Shown here: positions 1 to 12,705 of the stretch, in pieces
How positions within the stretch are numbered: the stretch's first letter is position 1
Layout: each line of letters opens with the position of its first letter
DNA from: Octopus vulgaris
Taxonomy: Eukaryota
Direction: 5' to 3'
DNA length: 64,000 nucleotides
NCBI GenBank assembly: GCA_951406725.2
Contig: OX597822.1
Coordinates: 78,616,001 to 78,680,000 of the forward strand
Translations under genes and position numbers: made by a program
The notes under the pieces: model-generated
The model's database searches: none
The model's input: the letters and a program-made list of their open reading frames with translations, nothing else
Told to the model about the DNA's origin: nothing

Positions 1-2894
1 AAACAATGTGGTTGCTAAGTGAGCTTCTTAACCAAACACCCATGCTTGCACCTTGTGGATTTAATAAAAACAATATTTAGTGAGTGACTAATATTGCTGT
101 TTCCTCACCATATAATTATTTCTAGTTAATGTTTTGATCTCCCAACCTTAAATACATGGCAACTTATTTATTAATTAATAAGAGGAGAGGCAAGTTTATT
201 GAATAGGAAAAACACTGTGTGTAAATAGCTATCCTGGAGAAGTAGTACAGTAGGCCACTTTCTGTAGGTTGCAGAAATGTTGTGTAATTTTAGTTCTGAG
301 TCCCAATCTTTTCAGTGAGGGCAGTTGGAAGCCATCCTTTTTCTGTGTTGAATCAATATATGAAGGATTCCATAGTGGTTTATCATCATCGTTTAGTCTA
401 CTTTTCCATGCTTTCCCATTTGTTGAAGCAGATTTTTCTAGAGCTGGATGCTCTTCCTGTCACCAACCCTCACCTGTTTTCAAATAAGGTAATATTTCCC
501 CATGGCCAGACGTGTTTTTCACAGAGGACTGGAAATAAACCACATCACCTGTATGATTGTGATGCTTGTTTAGAACCACCACGTGATGTCTAAGCAAGGA
601 TACATATATTTATGTATCCATACACACACACATACATACTGGAACATATGTATAGAGACATACATGCACAGACATCATTATCATCATCATCATCTATTGC
701 TGGCATGGGTTGGACGGTTTGACAGGAGTTGGCAAAGCCAGGGGCCACATCAGGTTTCATTGTCTGTTAGCTGGCAAAGCCAGGAATCACACCAGGTTCC
801 ATTGTCTGTTTCTGTTTGGTTTCTACGACTGGATGCCCTTCTTCATGCCAGCCACTTTACATAGAGTATTGGGTTTCTTTCAACTTGCGTCTTCTAAATC
901 CACTCACAAGGCTGTGAAAAATGTGTCTGGCCATGAGGAAGTATTACCTTGCTTGGAAACATGTGAAGGTTGGTGACAGTAAAGGCACCCGGCCGTAGAA
1001 AAATCTGCCTCAGTAAATTCTGTCTGATCCATGGAAGCATGGAAAAGTGAACACTAAATAAAGATGGTGACACTGAAATCAAGAAGGGCTGGTCAGCAAA
1101 CATGAACAACAACATCACTTGTTGTTTCTCTCTTTGTTCATTGCTTACTCTGAATGTCACTAAAATCTTCATTTCATTTTTTTTTTATGTATTTATTTTT
1201 CTCCTTCCTTTTTTATAAAGTACTTAGTTTACTTCTGTAAATCTCTGGAGAATTTATGTGTATATGTATGTATGTATGTGGCTGCATATTTGTATGTATA
1301 TTTGTGTGCGTCTGTATGGATATATGTATGTACATGTGTGTGTGTGTGTGTATTTATATTATTGTTTATATTTTTCTTTTACAACTCAGATTTAGTGTGT
1401 TGTCTTCTACTCACAACACTATCATTTACTTTCACTTAATGTATAGTAAATGTAAGTATACCAGTATCACTGCCACCAACATCATCACCATCATCGTCAT
1501 CATAATGGCTTTTAGTATCTTGTTGAGGTTTTTTTTTGTTTTTTTTTTAACCTTGCCACCACCACCACCACCACTGTTACTTCCAACCTCCTTACTTCAC
1601 TACCTTCTAAGTTTCATAACCTCTCCACCACGGCTGTTTAACACATGCACCGCCTCCACTACCCTCTTCTCCGTTTTAACCAAAATTACTTTTATTTGAA
1701 GATGCCATACCAAATGCATAATTCTCATCTCTTGAGATTCTACACTGCTGTTCTTGCTACTCAACCAACCCGTATTCACATACGCCATGTAAATATATAC
1801 GCATACAAGTATGTGTGTGTGCGTGTGCGCGCACGTGCACATTTGTTTACATATATGTCTATGTACTCATAGTTATATGTATTCTACAAGCTTGTCTCAT
1901 TCTTTCATATCTCATGCATAATGGTAGTTGCATGATGTGTGTACCCTTATGCACACACACACACACACACATCAACATACATATATTGTACCTCAGTCTC
2001 ACCTAAATATTCATGCAAGTTGACAACTTCATCATCATCATCATTTAGCATCTGTGTTCCATGCTGGGATGGGTTGAACAGTTCGGTGCTTATCTGGGAC
2101 TAAACTGGCACTCTGTCAGGTACAACAGTGAGGGTTCCAGTTGATCCAATCAGTGGAATAGCCTGCTCGTGAAATCAACATGCAAGTGTCTGAGTACTCT
2201 TCTGACACATCATCATCATTTAATGCTCGTTGTCCATGCTGGCATGGGTTGGACGGTTTGACTGGGCTGGCACGCTGGAAGGCTGCACCAGACTCCAGTC
2301 TGATTTGGCATGGTTTTCTACGGCTGGATGCCCTTCCTAGTACCAACCTCCCTGAGAGTGTAATGGGTGCTTTTACATGCCACCAGCACAGGTGCCATTT
2401 GTGTGACACCAGGGTGCATTTACGTGCTACCAACACAATTTGCATGACACTGGTACCTGCCACAACTGCAATTTTGCTCGTGTGCACTTAACATAGTTCT
2501 CAGGGAGATTCAGCATGACACAGAATGTGAGAAGGCTGGCCCCTTTGTAATTACAAGTACAATTCATTTTTGCCAGTTGAGAGGACTATAGCAGCAGGAC
2601 ATAAAGTGTCTTGCTCAAGGACCACCAGAAATCAAACACACAGCTTCACAATCATGAGTCAAACACCCTAACCACTAAGCCACTTGCCAACCACAGGCAT
2701 ACAGAAATACATAGGACTACAAAGGGTTATAGCAATGTCCAGCAGTTACACTGCACCCCATGTGCCTTTTCTGTCGCCAAACATGTAATATGGTTGGTAG
2801 AACATACAATTTCAATGGTCCTCAACACAGTGTAGGCATTAGCATAACTGGACTGACACATCTTTGAGTTACACAAGCCATTTGGCTGACTAAC

Positions 2895-3595
2895 CTGCAG
2901 AGGACCGATCAGGTAAAGGACCTGGGTATCTTGGTGGATTCCTCCTTTTCGCCTTCGGCCCAGTGCGTCCATGCTGCCAACAAAGCACGCGGAATTCTGT
3001 TCTTGATTCAACGGTCATTCGGAATGCTCACAGCAGCCATATTCCTACCACTCTATGTCACGCTGGTGAGACCCATATTGGAGTATGGGATTCAAGCCTC
3101 TTCTCCTTATCTCCTCAAAGACATACAGCATCTCGAAAGAGTCCAGAAGCTGGCTACCCGCATGGTGCATGGTCTCAAAAATTTGTCCTACGAAGAAAGG
3201 CTGAGGACGCTCGACCTTTATTCTCTTGAAAAACGCCGCCGCCGTGGTAATCTCATTCTCGCCCACAACATCATAAGCGGAAAGTGTAACCTCTCGAAAG
3301 AGCTGTTCTTCACTCCTGCTCCAGAGCGTCAGCTGCGGGGTCATTCCGAAAAGCTCTACCTGCGACGATTTCATCTCAATCGAAGGAGAGGAGCTTTCTC
3401 CGTCCGGGTTGCGGATCCGTGGAACAAGCTGCCAGACGAGATGGTGAAGATGCCGACGACTGCTTTGTTCAAAGCCTCCCTGGACCTCAAGTGGCCTGAA
3501 CTCTTTACATGAACACCACCCTGTACTTAACTCCATGTCCCCCTACATGGCCTTGCTTTTGCTTTTGAGCCAAATTAACTAACTAACTAACTAAC
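2895..3595 (+). mobile_element. 5'-truncated CR1/L2-clade LINE: C-terminal ORF2 (post-RT) segment, 3'UTR and (TAAC)n tail
   Basis: Open frame LQRTDQVKDLGILVDSSF...LYVTLVRPILEYG...LERVQKLATRMV...LSYEERL..L.L.SLEKRRRRG...RGH...FS.RV...WN.LP, stop at 3510-3512. These motifs are typical of CR1-clade ORF2 C-termini. It ends in ttaactaactaactaactaac. Confidence 0.9.
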
Positions 3596-4798
3596 ATCTA
3601 CATGGTACAGATTTGCTTAGTCATGACTAAGACCTGGGACTATACAAGGACATGTTTTGAGTACTTAATTTATTTCTTTATTGCCCACAAGGGGCTAAAC
3701 ATAGAGGGGACAAACAAAGACAGACAAAGTGATTAAGTCAATTACATCAATCCCAGTGCATAACTGGTACTTATTTAATCAACTCCTAAAGGGTGAAAGG
3801 CAAAGTTGTTCTCAGCAGAATTTGAACTCAGAACATAGCAGCAGACAAAATACTGCTAAGCATTTTGCCCAGCATTTTAACGATTCTGCCAGCTTGCCAC
3901 CGTTTTGAGTACTTAATGGTTCCATATATATATAGAAAGGGAGAGAGAGACATATGCTAATATCAAACAATGAAAATGAGTGCTCAACACTATTAGTGGA
4001 TAAACATTTTTTATGGGATAACAAGGCAGCCAATAGTTTTATGCTAAAGAGATCTCAACATTTCCATATGGCTCCTTTGAGCAGTTGGGGATATCTTTTC
4101 CCCATGAAACCATTGGTTGCCTTGTTAGCCCACAAGTATATATATATATATCTTGTGAAATCTTACAAGTCAGCAGTTTAGGGTTCAATGAGCTGAGTTC
4201 AAAATTTGTTGAGTAGACAGACCTTTCAGACGTTTTAGGCCCTTGGAGAAATTCATTTAGATAAAGGAGCACCTTGGTAGAGAAAAGGTTGGAAGCCATT
4301 GATCTATGCAAATGCTGCAAAGTGCTTGTTAACTGCTCTCTCAAAGCAAATTTTATTTTGTACTGTATTTTGTATACCTTACTTATCAATATTCGTACCA
4401 TTGAAGGCATCAAGGTGGCACAATCATTAACATGCTTAGCAGCATTTCATCTGTCCTTACATTTCTGAGTTCAAATTCTACTGAGGTCAACTTTGCCTTT
4501 CATTTTTTTCAGGGTCGATGAAATAAGTACAAGTTACACACCAGGGTCGATGTAATTGACTATCCTCCTACCCCAAATTTCAGGTCTTGTGCCTCTGGTA
4601 GAAAGGATTACTGTTATTATTTAGTCCCAGCAGAAAGGGAGAAGGTGATAGAACAGCAGCAAGAGCTGAAGGTTTTATTTTTGTAGTTGTTTTTTATGTA
4701 ATTCAGTTCATTTAGAAACAATCTGTAGTGCACCAGTGCTACCTTACAATATCTGTCACTGCTGCTGTTTTTAATGGTTAGCTTTGTCTTTCTCTCTC

Positions 4799-4829
<31 letters not shown>

Positions 4830-5744
4830 GGGATTTTCAGGTGATATTTTATTAACATGCACTCCACTTACTAGCTTTAGATAGGTTTTGGGGTGGGAAA
4901 GCTGCAAATTCTGCTGCTGGGTTTATTTGTTTGTCATTTCTTTCCTGACAGGAGAATGGTTCTGTTGAGGTCAGACTGGAGAAGTAGGGCAAGCAAAGTG
5001 TCAACAATTTAGCTTATCTTAGGTAGAAACATAAATATTTTGGTTGAAGTTAAGTGGATCAAGTGGCCATTGTGTGTGTGTGTGTGTGTGTGTCTCTCTC
5101 TCTGTCTTGTCTCTGTTATAGCCTTTTATTTCTCTATTTCAGTCATGTTGGGGGTACCACCAACTTGAAGGGTTAACTTGAACAAATCATCAACCCTGGT
5201 ATTTATTTATTTTTTTAAAGTGTGGTACATATTCTATTGTGTGCTCTTCTGCCAAACTGCTAAGTTACAGGAACATAAACAAACCAACCCTGTTGTCAAG
5301 TTTTGGGGAACACACACACACACATGCATGTGCGCACACACACACACACTCATACGCGCACACATACTCACACACTCACTCACACATGCACACACACAGG
5401 CATGTGGCTTAGTGGTTGAGGTATTTGGCTAATGTTCATACGGTCATGAGTTTGATTCCTGGTGACATTATGTCCTTAAGCAATTCACTCTATTAACGTT
5501 GCTCCAGTCCACACAACTAGCAAAAATGAGTTGTACCTGCAATTCAAAGGGGCCGGTCTTGTCATATTCTGTATCACACTGAACCTCCCTCAGAACTATG
5601 TTAAGAATACACATTAAGAATAGGCGTGTCTGTGGAGTGCTCAGCCACTTGCACATTAATTTCTCAAGCAGGCTGTTCCATTGATCAGATCAACTGGAAC
5701 TCTCATCGTTGTAACCAATAGTGCCAAGTTTCTCCTATAGGGAC

Positions 5745-6210
5745 AAGCTTGAAATTTGGGGGAGGGAGCCAGTCAATTACATCAACCCAGTACTCAACTG
5801 GTACTTAATTTATCGACCCCAAAAGGATGAAAGGTGAAGTTAACCATGGCAGAATTTGAACCCAGAATGTAACGACAGACGAAATACCGCTAAGTGTTTC
5901 TCTCAGTGAGCTAACAATTCTGCCAGCTTGCCATCTTAATAATAATGATAATAATAATTATAATAAGGGTGGCAAGCTGGCAGAATTGTTAGTACACCGG
6001 GCAAAATGCTTAGCAGTATTTCGTCTGCCGTTACGTTCTGAGTTCAAATTCTGCCAAGGTTGACTTTGCCATTGCCTTTCATCCTTTCAGGGTTGATGAA
6101 TTAAGTACCAGTTGAATACTGAAGTCCATCTAATCGACTTAATTCCTTTGTCTGTCCATGCTTGTCCCCTCTATGTTTAGCCCCCTGTGAGCAATGAAGA
6201 AATAAATAAT
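5745..6210. mobile_element. Back-to-back pair of tRNA-derived SINEs (Meta-domain-like core), - then + strand
   Basis: Family ggcaagctggcagaat..gttagc..gagttcaaatt..gcctttcatcctttc.gggt.gat.aattaagtaccag occurs in both orientations around an (AAT)n spacer at ~5938-5966. Confidence 0.8.
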
Positions 6211-9200
6211 GTGTGTGTGTGTGTGTGTATGTGTATGTAACAAAATAATAAGAGTAAACTATAAATGAAAATCCATTTCATCTAGTGATAATGTATTTTT
6301 CCATTTTTACTAATGAAGGGAAAAAAAAAACCCCTTCAGCTATACAGACCATTAAATCTGCTATTTATACATCTCTTGCTTTGTATCCACTGAGGATACC
6401 TGTATAAAATTATACTATGGATTTAATAGTCTGTCTACCTCTATACAAGAACACTTATTGGTAACGGGTTCTACACTCTACACGCTTCTTTGCTAAAGCG
6501 TACTACTGCTGAGCATTTCAGTGCTTTACCCCCCCACACACACACAGCTATACCCCCCCCCCCCGCTATATCCACCATGTCTGCTGTAAATCTGTCAAGT
6601 TTTCCTCATAAAACATTGTTTAAAATGCAGAAACATTTCCTGGGAGACACTGTAATATGTATGTATGTATGTTTTATTGCAGACATACACTTAGATAAAC
6701 TGCATTGTTTTATGTGTGGTATATGTATGCTGGCATGGTTGTGTAGTAAAAAGCTTGCCTCCCAACCACATGGTTCTGGGTTCAGTCCTACAGTTTGGCA
6801 CCTTGGGCGAGTGTCTTCTACTATAGCCTTTGGCTGTCCAAAGCTTTGTGAGTGAACTTGGTAGATGGAGACTGAAAGAAGTCCATATATGGTACTACTT
6901 TTAGTACGATAGCTAATGAGGGTTATCCGAGTTGTGGTTATTGCTAGTTGGAAACTATATGTGCATGTGTATGTGTACGTGTCTGTGTTTGTTCCCCATC
7001 ACCACTTCACAACTATTTATGCTCTCATAACTTGGCAGTTTAGCAAAAGATACCAAGCTCTAATGAAAACAAAAACACTGGGGTTGATGTGTTCAACTAA
7101 AATCCTTCAAGGCAGTGCCCCATTATGGCCACAGGCTAATAACCAAAACCACTAAAATCCTCCAAAATATATGTTGTATATGTATGTTTCCCATGAACCT
7201 GAAAACCCTGGTCTCACTTCTAGCTAGAAGACTTCAAATCTCTCTCTCTCTTTCACAGCCCCTGATTTTTTTTTACCATGTTTTATACTACATTGTGCAG
7301 CATTTGTCATTCAAATCTGATCACACATGAATCACTTAGTTTCCTATAAAGCATCAAATGAAACCTCACAAGAACCAAACACAAATGGAGTGGAAGTCTT
7401 TAATCATGATCATCAATCATAATCATTTCGCATCCTCCTTCCATGCTGCCATGAGTTGGACAGTCTGACAGGAGGTGGCCAGGCAGGAGTCTGCACCAGA
7501 CTTCTGTGTCTGTTTTGGCATGGTTTTTACGGCTGGATACCCTTCCTAACACTGACCACCCCATAGAGTGGGCTGAGTGCTTTTTACATGGCACCAGCAT
7601 AGGCAAGGTTAGTTTTAGCATGGTTTTTTATGGTTGGATGCCCATATACTCTGAAAATCATATTCTGTGGCTGCAGTTATGATTTTGTGCCAGTGCACAC
7701 AGCCATGTGTGTGTGTGGGGTGTGTGCAAATTGTTTAATTTTAATTTCTTAATTGGGTATTAGGTGTCTTTACACTTCTTGAATCCCTTTCACCCTTTAG
7801 CATTTAAACAAGCCATATCCAGCCCAAATAATTCTACCTACTTTATGTTCAAACCAGCCAGATCTAGCCTCTCACACCTACTCAACAATGTCATTTTAAA
7901 ACTAAACAATCACATCGTTGAAATCTCGAAGCTATGAGGATATGCTTGATTAATGCAAAATTGCATGAATAACTAAGTGTTTCATTTGGCACTAATCTGA
8001 CTGCTAAAAGATTAAAGCATCTATTTCCTCTCTTAGCCTTTCAATCCTTGTGGAGTGGAGACCATTGTCGTCGTCATCATTTTAACATCCACTTTTCCAT
8101 GCTTATATGGGTCAGACAGAGTTCATTGAGGCAGATTTCCTATGGTCAGATACCTTTCCTGTTACTAACTTTCACCTGTTTCTAACCAAGATAATATCTC
8201 CCCATAGCCAGACATGTTTTCACTGAATATTGGAAATGAATGTCACTGCTTGTATGACAGTGACATTCATTTACAACCACTATACAATGTCAAAACAAAA
8301 GAGACTCAAAACACACTCACACACAAACATATATATTAACACAAGGGCTTCTTTCAGCTTCCATTATCTAAATCCACTCACAAGGCTTTTGGTTGGCCTG
8401 GGGCTATAGTGAACCACCTACTATAGAACTGAACCTGAAACCATATAGTTCAGAAGCAAACATCTTAACCATACAGCCATGTCTACACCAATGACAAGTC
8501 CTTCTGTTCTGTTTGGTCTAATCTAACAGCTTTGTTTTTGTATTTGTGTTTCTTTCTTTGTTTTGTGGCTTGTTTGCTTAGAAAGTAGCTAAAATAATTC
8601 TTAGTCCTACTAACTCTGTGCCTCCCAAGAAGTTCTTTGACCAGAAATTGTTTTCAGTTTGTGGAGTAGCACACCTCTGTTACCCAAGAAGATATGGAAA
8701 TTTTCTTTTGCTTTCTGAAAAAGCACTGACCCCCACGTATAAAGGACCCAGTACACTCTGTAAGTGGTTGGCACTAGGAAGTAGAAACTATGCCAAAATA
8801 GACTATGGAACCTGGTGCAGTTCCTGGTTTTACCGGATCCTATCAAACCATGCATCCCATGGCAGCATGGAAATGGATATTAAATGATGATGATGATGAG
8901 GTTGAAGTTAGAATAAAGAATGGTATTATGAGGCATAACTGATAACCTTATGGTAAACCTGGGTGACCAGCTTTTTGTTGAGCAGGCTTCTACTGTGTTG
9001 CACCTGCATATAAAAAATAGGTACCTACTGGAGGGAGGCCAGCAACTATACATAAGAAAACAAAAGACAGCTATTACACACAAAAAAAAAATGGTAATTC
9101 TTTTATAGATGACTGAATTGATCCAAAATGTTTATTGTAGTTATTATTTTATGAAATTCCATGTCAGTTGGTAGTATTTGAACTCAGATCTCAGTTTATT

Positions 9201-9281
9201 GACCTAATAAATAAACATGAGCAAAATATAAGCAAAAAAAAGCACAATTCTAGGTTTTTGTATGTTTATGATTGTATAACA

Positions 9282-9312
9282 ATATATATATGTATGTATA
9301 TATATATGTATG

Positions 9313-9343
<31 letters not shown>

Positions 9344-9596
9344 GTATATATATATGTGTATATATATATATATGTGTATATATATATATATGTGTATGTG
9401 TATATATATGTGTATATATATATATATGTGTATATATATATGTATGTGTATATATATGTATGTGTATATATATGTATGTATATATATATATATGTATATA
9501 TATATATGTATATATATATATATGTATATATATATATGTATATATATATATGTATATATATGTATGTATATATATATATGTATATATATGTATATG

Positions 9597-9645
<49 letters not shown>

Positions 9646-9756
9646 GTATGTATATATATGTGTATATATATATATATATGTATGTATATATATGTGTATA
9701 TATATATATATATGTGTATATATATATATGTGTGTGTGTGTATATGTATGTACATA
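9282..9756. repeat. Compound (TA)n/(TATG)n microsatellite
   Basis: ~470 bp of TA repeats punctuated by G; it generates five spurious I/Y/C/M ORFs. Confidence 0.97.
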
Positions 9757-11226
9757 TAAAATCAGACAACAAAGAGAAAATTGGAGACTGTTGTTACATA
9801 ACTTGAATTTTTTTTTTGTCTGCTATTGTACTCTGTGATTCCTGCAGCATTCAATCAATTGGTGAATAACCTCAGATTTATAGCTTGTATAGATTGCCTG
9901 GTGCATTTAACCAACACGAATTCCTGTATTCCTCGCTTGGCATTCTTTTACTATTCGCCAGGTTTTCTACATTGAGTGCTGACTGAGGTATTCAGCTGCA
10001 TTTCTTCAATCCCTGTTTCCTATCACCATGTGTGTGTGTATGTATATATATTATGTGTGTGTTTATACACACTGTTTCAGTCAAACTATCAAAGAAACTT
10101 TTATGAGGTCATTAAACCTGCTAGACATAGCAGCCAAAACTCCTCTCATTTCATGTCCTACCATAATTCTGGATAAACTGAAAAACAGGTTGGTCATGAC
10201 TGGAATGGCTATGGCTATAGTCTTATTCTGCTCAATCAAGGATGGCCTCAGACTCAACTATACTGCTACAGGTAAACGTGACTTCTCGACAATAACTGTG
10301 TGTTCTGCATTCCATTAAATCTCTTTGTGTTTATGTTTGTTTTATAAACACAATTAATTGCTGCTAATTTATAATAATTACCATGTGCAATTAATATATT
10401 TGAGAATAGCAGTAATAAAATATATAATATTTGCATTTTCCACTTAGGCATAGCTCTGTGGTTATGAAGCTGTCTTTGTAACCATGTGGCTTTGAGTTCA
10501 GTCTCAGTGTGGGATACCTCAGGCGAGTGTCTTTCACTATAGCCTCAAGCTTACCAATGCCCTGTGAGTGAATTTGGTTAACTACTGTGTGGAAGTGTAT
10601 GTATATATACATGCACATGTATACACACACACACACACACACGTGTATATATACATGCACATGTATGTATATATGTGTGTGTATGTAATATATATAATAT
10701 ATACGTGTGTGTGTGTGTGTATATATGTATACACACACACACACACACACACACACAGTCATCACAAAAGTAGACACCATTTTTGAAAGATATATTTCTA
10801 AAAAAAATGTTATTTGATGCATTTAAATTCTTAATTTAGTATTTAGATATACCTTAGGTGCAGATGTGGCTGCATGGTAAAAAGCTTGCTTCCAAACCAC
10901 ATGATTCCAGGTTCAGTCCTACTGTATTGCACCATGGGCAAGTATCTTCTACTATAAGCCTTGAGCTGACCAAAGCCTTGTCAGTGGATTTGGTCGAAGA
11001 CAGGAAATGAAAGAAGCCTGGTGCATGTATGTGTGTTGACAACTGATGTTAGTGTGTTTATGTCCCCATGAATAAGAAGTTCAGCAAAAGAGATTGACAG
11101 AATAAGTACATGGTATAAAAATATATAAGTAATGGGGTTTGTTCATTCCATTAAAAATTCTTGAAGCCAGTGCCACGGCCTCTATGACTAAAATGATGGG
11201 GGTAAAAAAATCCTTGTGCCTGATAG

Positions 11227-11630
11227 GTGCAAGAGTGGCTGTGTGGTAAGAAGCTTGCTTCTCAGCCACATGGTTCCAGGTTCAGTCCCAGTGTGTGGCA
11301 CCTTGGGCAAGTGTCTTTTACTATAGCCTTGGGCTGACAAAAGCTTCATGAGTGGATTTGGTAGCTGAAAACTGAAAGCCCGTCTCACACACACACACGT
11401 GTGTGTGTGTGTGTATGAATGTATTTGTGTGTCTGTGTTTGTCCCCTCCACCATCACTTGACAACTGATGTTGGTATATTTACATCCCCGTAACTTAGTG
11501 GTTCAGCAAAAGAGACCAATAGAATAAGTACTAGGCTTACAAAGAATAAGTCCTGGGATTGATTAGTTTGACTAAAGGCAGTGCTCCAGCATGGCTGTAG
11601 TCTAATGACTGAAACCAGCAAAGGAGCAAA
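11227..11630 (+). mobile_element. Full-length copy of the most abundant tRNA-derived SINE family
   Basis: A-box/B-box-like head (gtggctgtgtggtaag...ggttcagtccc), then ccttgggcaagtgtc, internal (TG)n and tail ...gctccagcatggc...tgactgaaac. Dozens of copies occur on both strands across the window. Confidence 0.85.
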
Positions 11631-12293
11631 GAGTAATTACATTAAAAGGTTTGAAATACAAAGTAATGATCCACTTGATATTTATAATGAGGAATGTTTA
11701 TTTAGTGATGAGATATCTTTGTGCGTGTATTTGTTGCCACTCCACTGCAGCTTGGCAACCAGTGTTGGTTTGTTTATGTCCCCGTAACTTAGTCGTTCGG
11801 CAAAAGAGACCAATAGAATAAGTGCCAGGCTTAGAAAAACTGAAGTATTGCACTCGATTTGTTTAAAACCTTTCAAGGTGGTGCTGCAGCATGGTTGCAA
11901 ATCAATAACTAAAACAAGTGAAAGCTAAAGGATAAAAGAGTGGTGCCAACAATTGCTCTCAACAGATGACTACTCCTGCATTGGACGAGGATGATAATGT
12001 TTGCAAACAAATCTGTTCTATTGAGCTGCTACACAGCTGCCACCTCACAGCTGCCACCTCACAGCTGCTGCGCCTATCTCTGCTTTTAATGATGCTATTC
12101 CATGTCTTTGGACATCTGTATGTGATTCATCATAATCTTATTACTTACTACATTATCAGTTCATTCAAGGCTGATGGGTGTGGACTGATAGAATTGGTTG
12201 AGCAATAGAGTAGAGCTCTTGTATTTTAGCTGCTATTCTTTTAGTCTTTATTCTTTTAATACAGTTCTATATTTAAGAGATGAGGAATTATGT

Positions 12294-12511
12294 ACATTAT
12301 TTACATTTGACGGATATTTGTCCTCATCTTATTTGTTGTTAACACAACATTTCGGCTGATATACCCTCCATCTTTCATCATGTGTCTTGGGGAAATTTCG
12401 AACCTGGGTTCTCGCTCCTAAGGTATTTTCCGATGTTGTTGTTGTTGTTATTCAGGTCACTGCCTGGAATCAAACTAACCCCAAGATTCCAAGTTCAATT
12501 CCAGGCAATGA

Positions 12512-12556
<45 letters not shown>

Positions 12557-12705
12557 CAACAACAACATCGAAAAATATCTTAGGAATGAGAACCCAGGTT
12601 CGAAATTTCCCCTAAGACACCTGATGAAAGCTGTAGGGTATATCAGCCGAAATGTGTTAACAACAAACAAGTTGAGGACTAATATCCATCAAATGTAAAT
12701 AATGT
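12294..12705. mobile_element. Penelope-like inverted pseudo-LTR palindrome with decayed minimal hammerhead ribozyme motifs
   Basis: Arm 12294-~12470 is the reverse complement of ~12497-12705. The right arm has acac-CTGATGA-aagctg..cagcc-GAAA (12617-12657), mirrored at 12341-12388. Confidence 0.7.

Noticed and set aside
3045-3536. 163-aa minus-strand ORF
   Set aside because: Antisense shadow of the CR1-like ORF2.
4625-4990. Possible small plus-strand exons (AEREKVIEQQQELK; ENGSVEVRLEK*)
   Set aside because: Short, with weak or ambiguous splice sites and no family recognised; needs RNA-seq.
8959-9003. Possible 45-nt minus-strand exon VQHSRSLLNKKLVTQ
   Set aside because: Acceptor is plausible, but the donor (GTTTAC) is weak and I find no recognisable homology or partner exons.
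9168-9838. Overlapping 150-210 aa ORFs rich in I/Y/C/M/H/T
   Set aside because: Translations of a (TA)n/(TATG)n microsatellite that lacks stops by composition.
11966-12208. 80-aa ATG ORF after an AG with an internal 14-bp repeat
   Set aside because: No recognisable homology and the repeat is not a multiple of 3.
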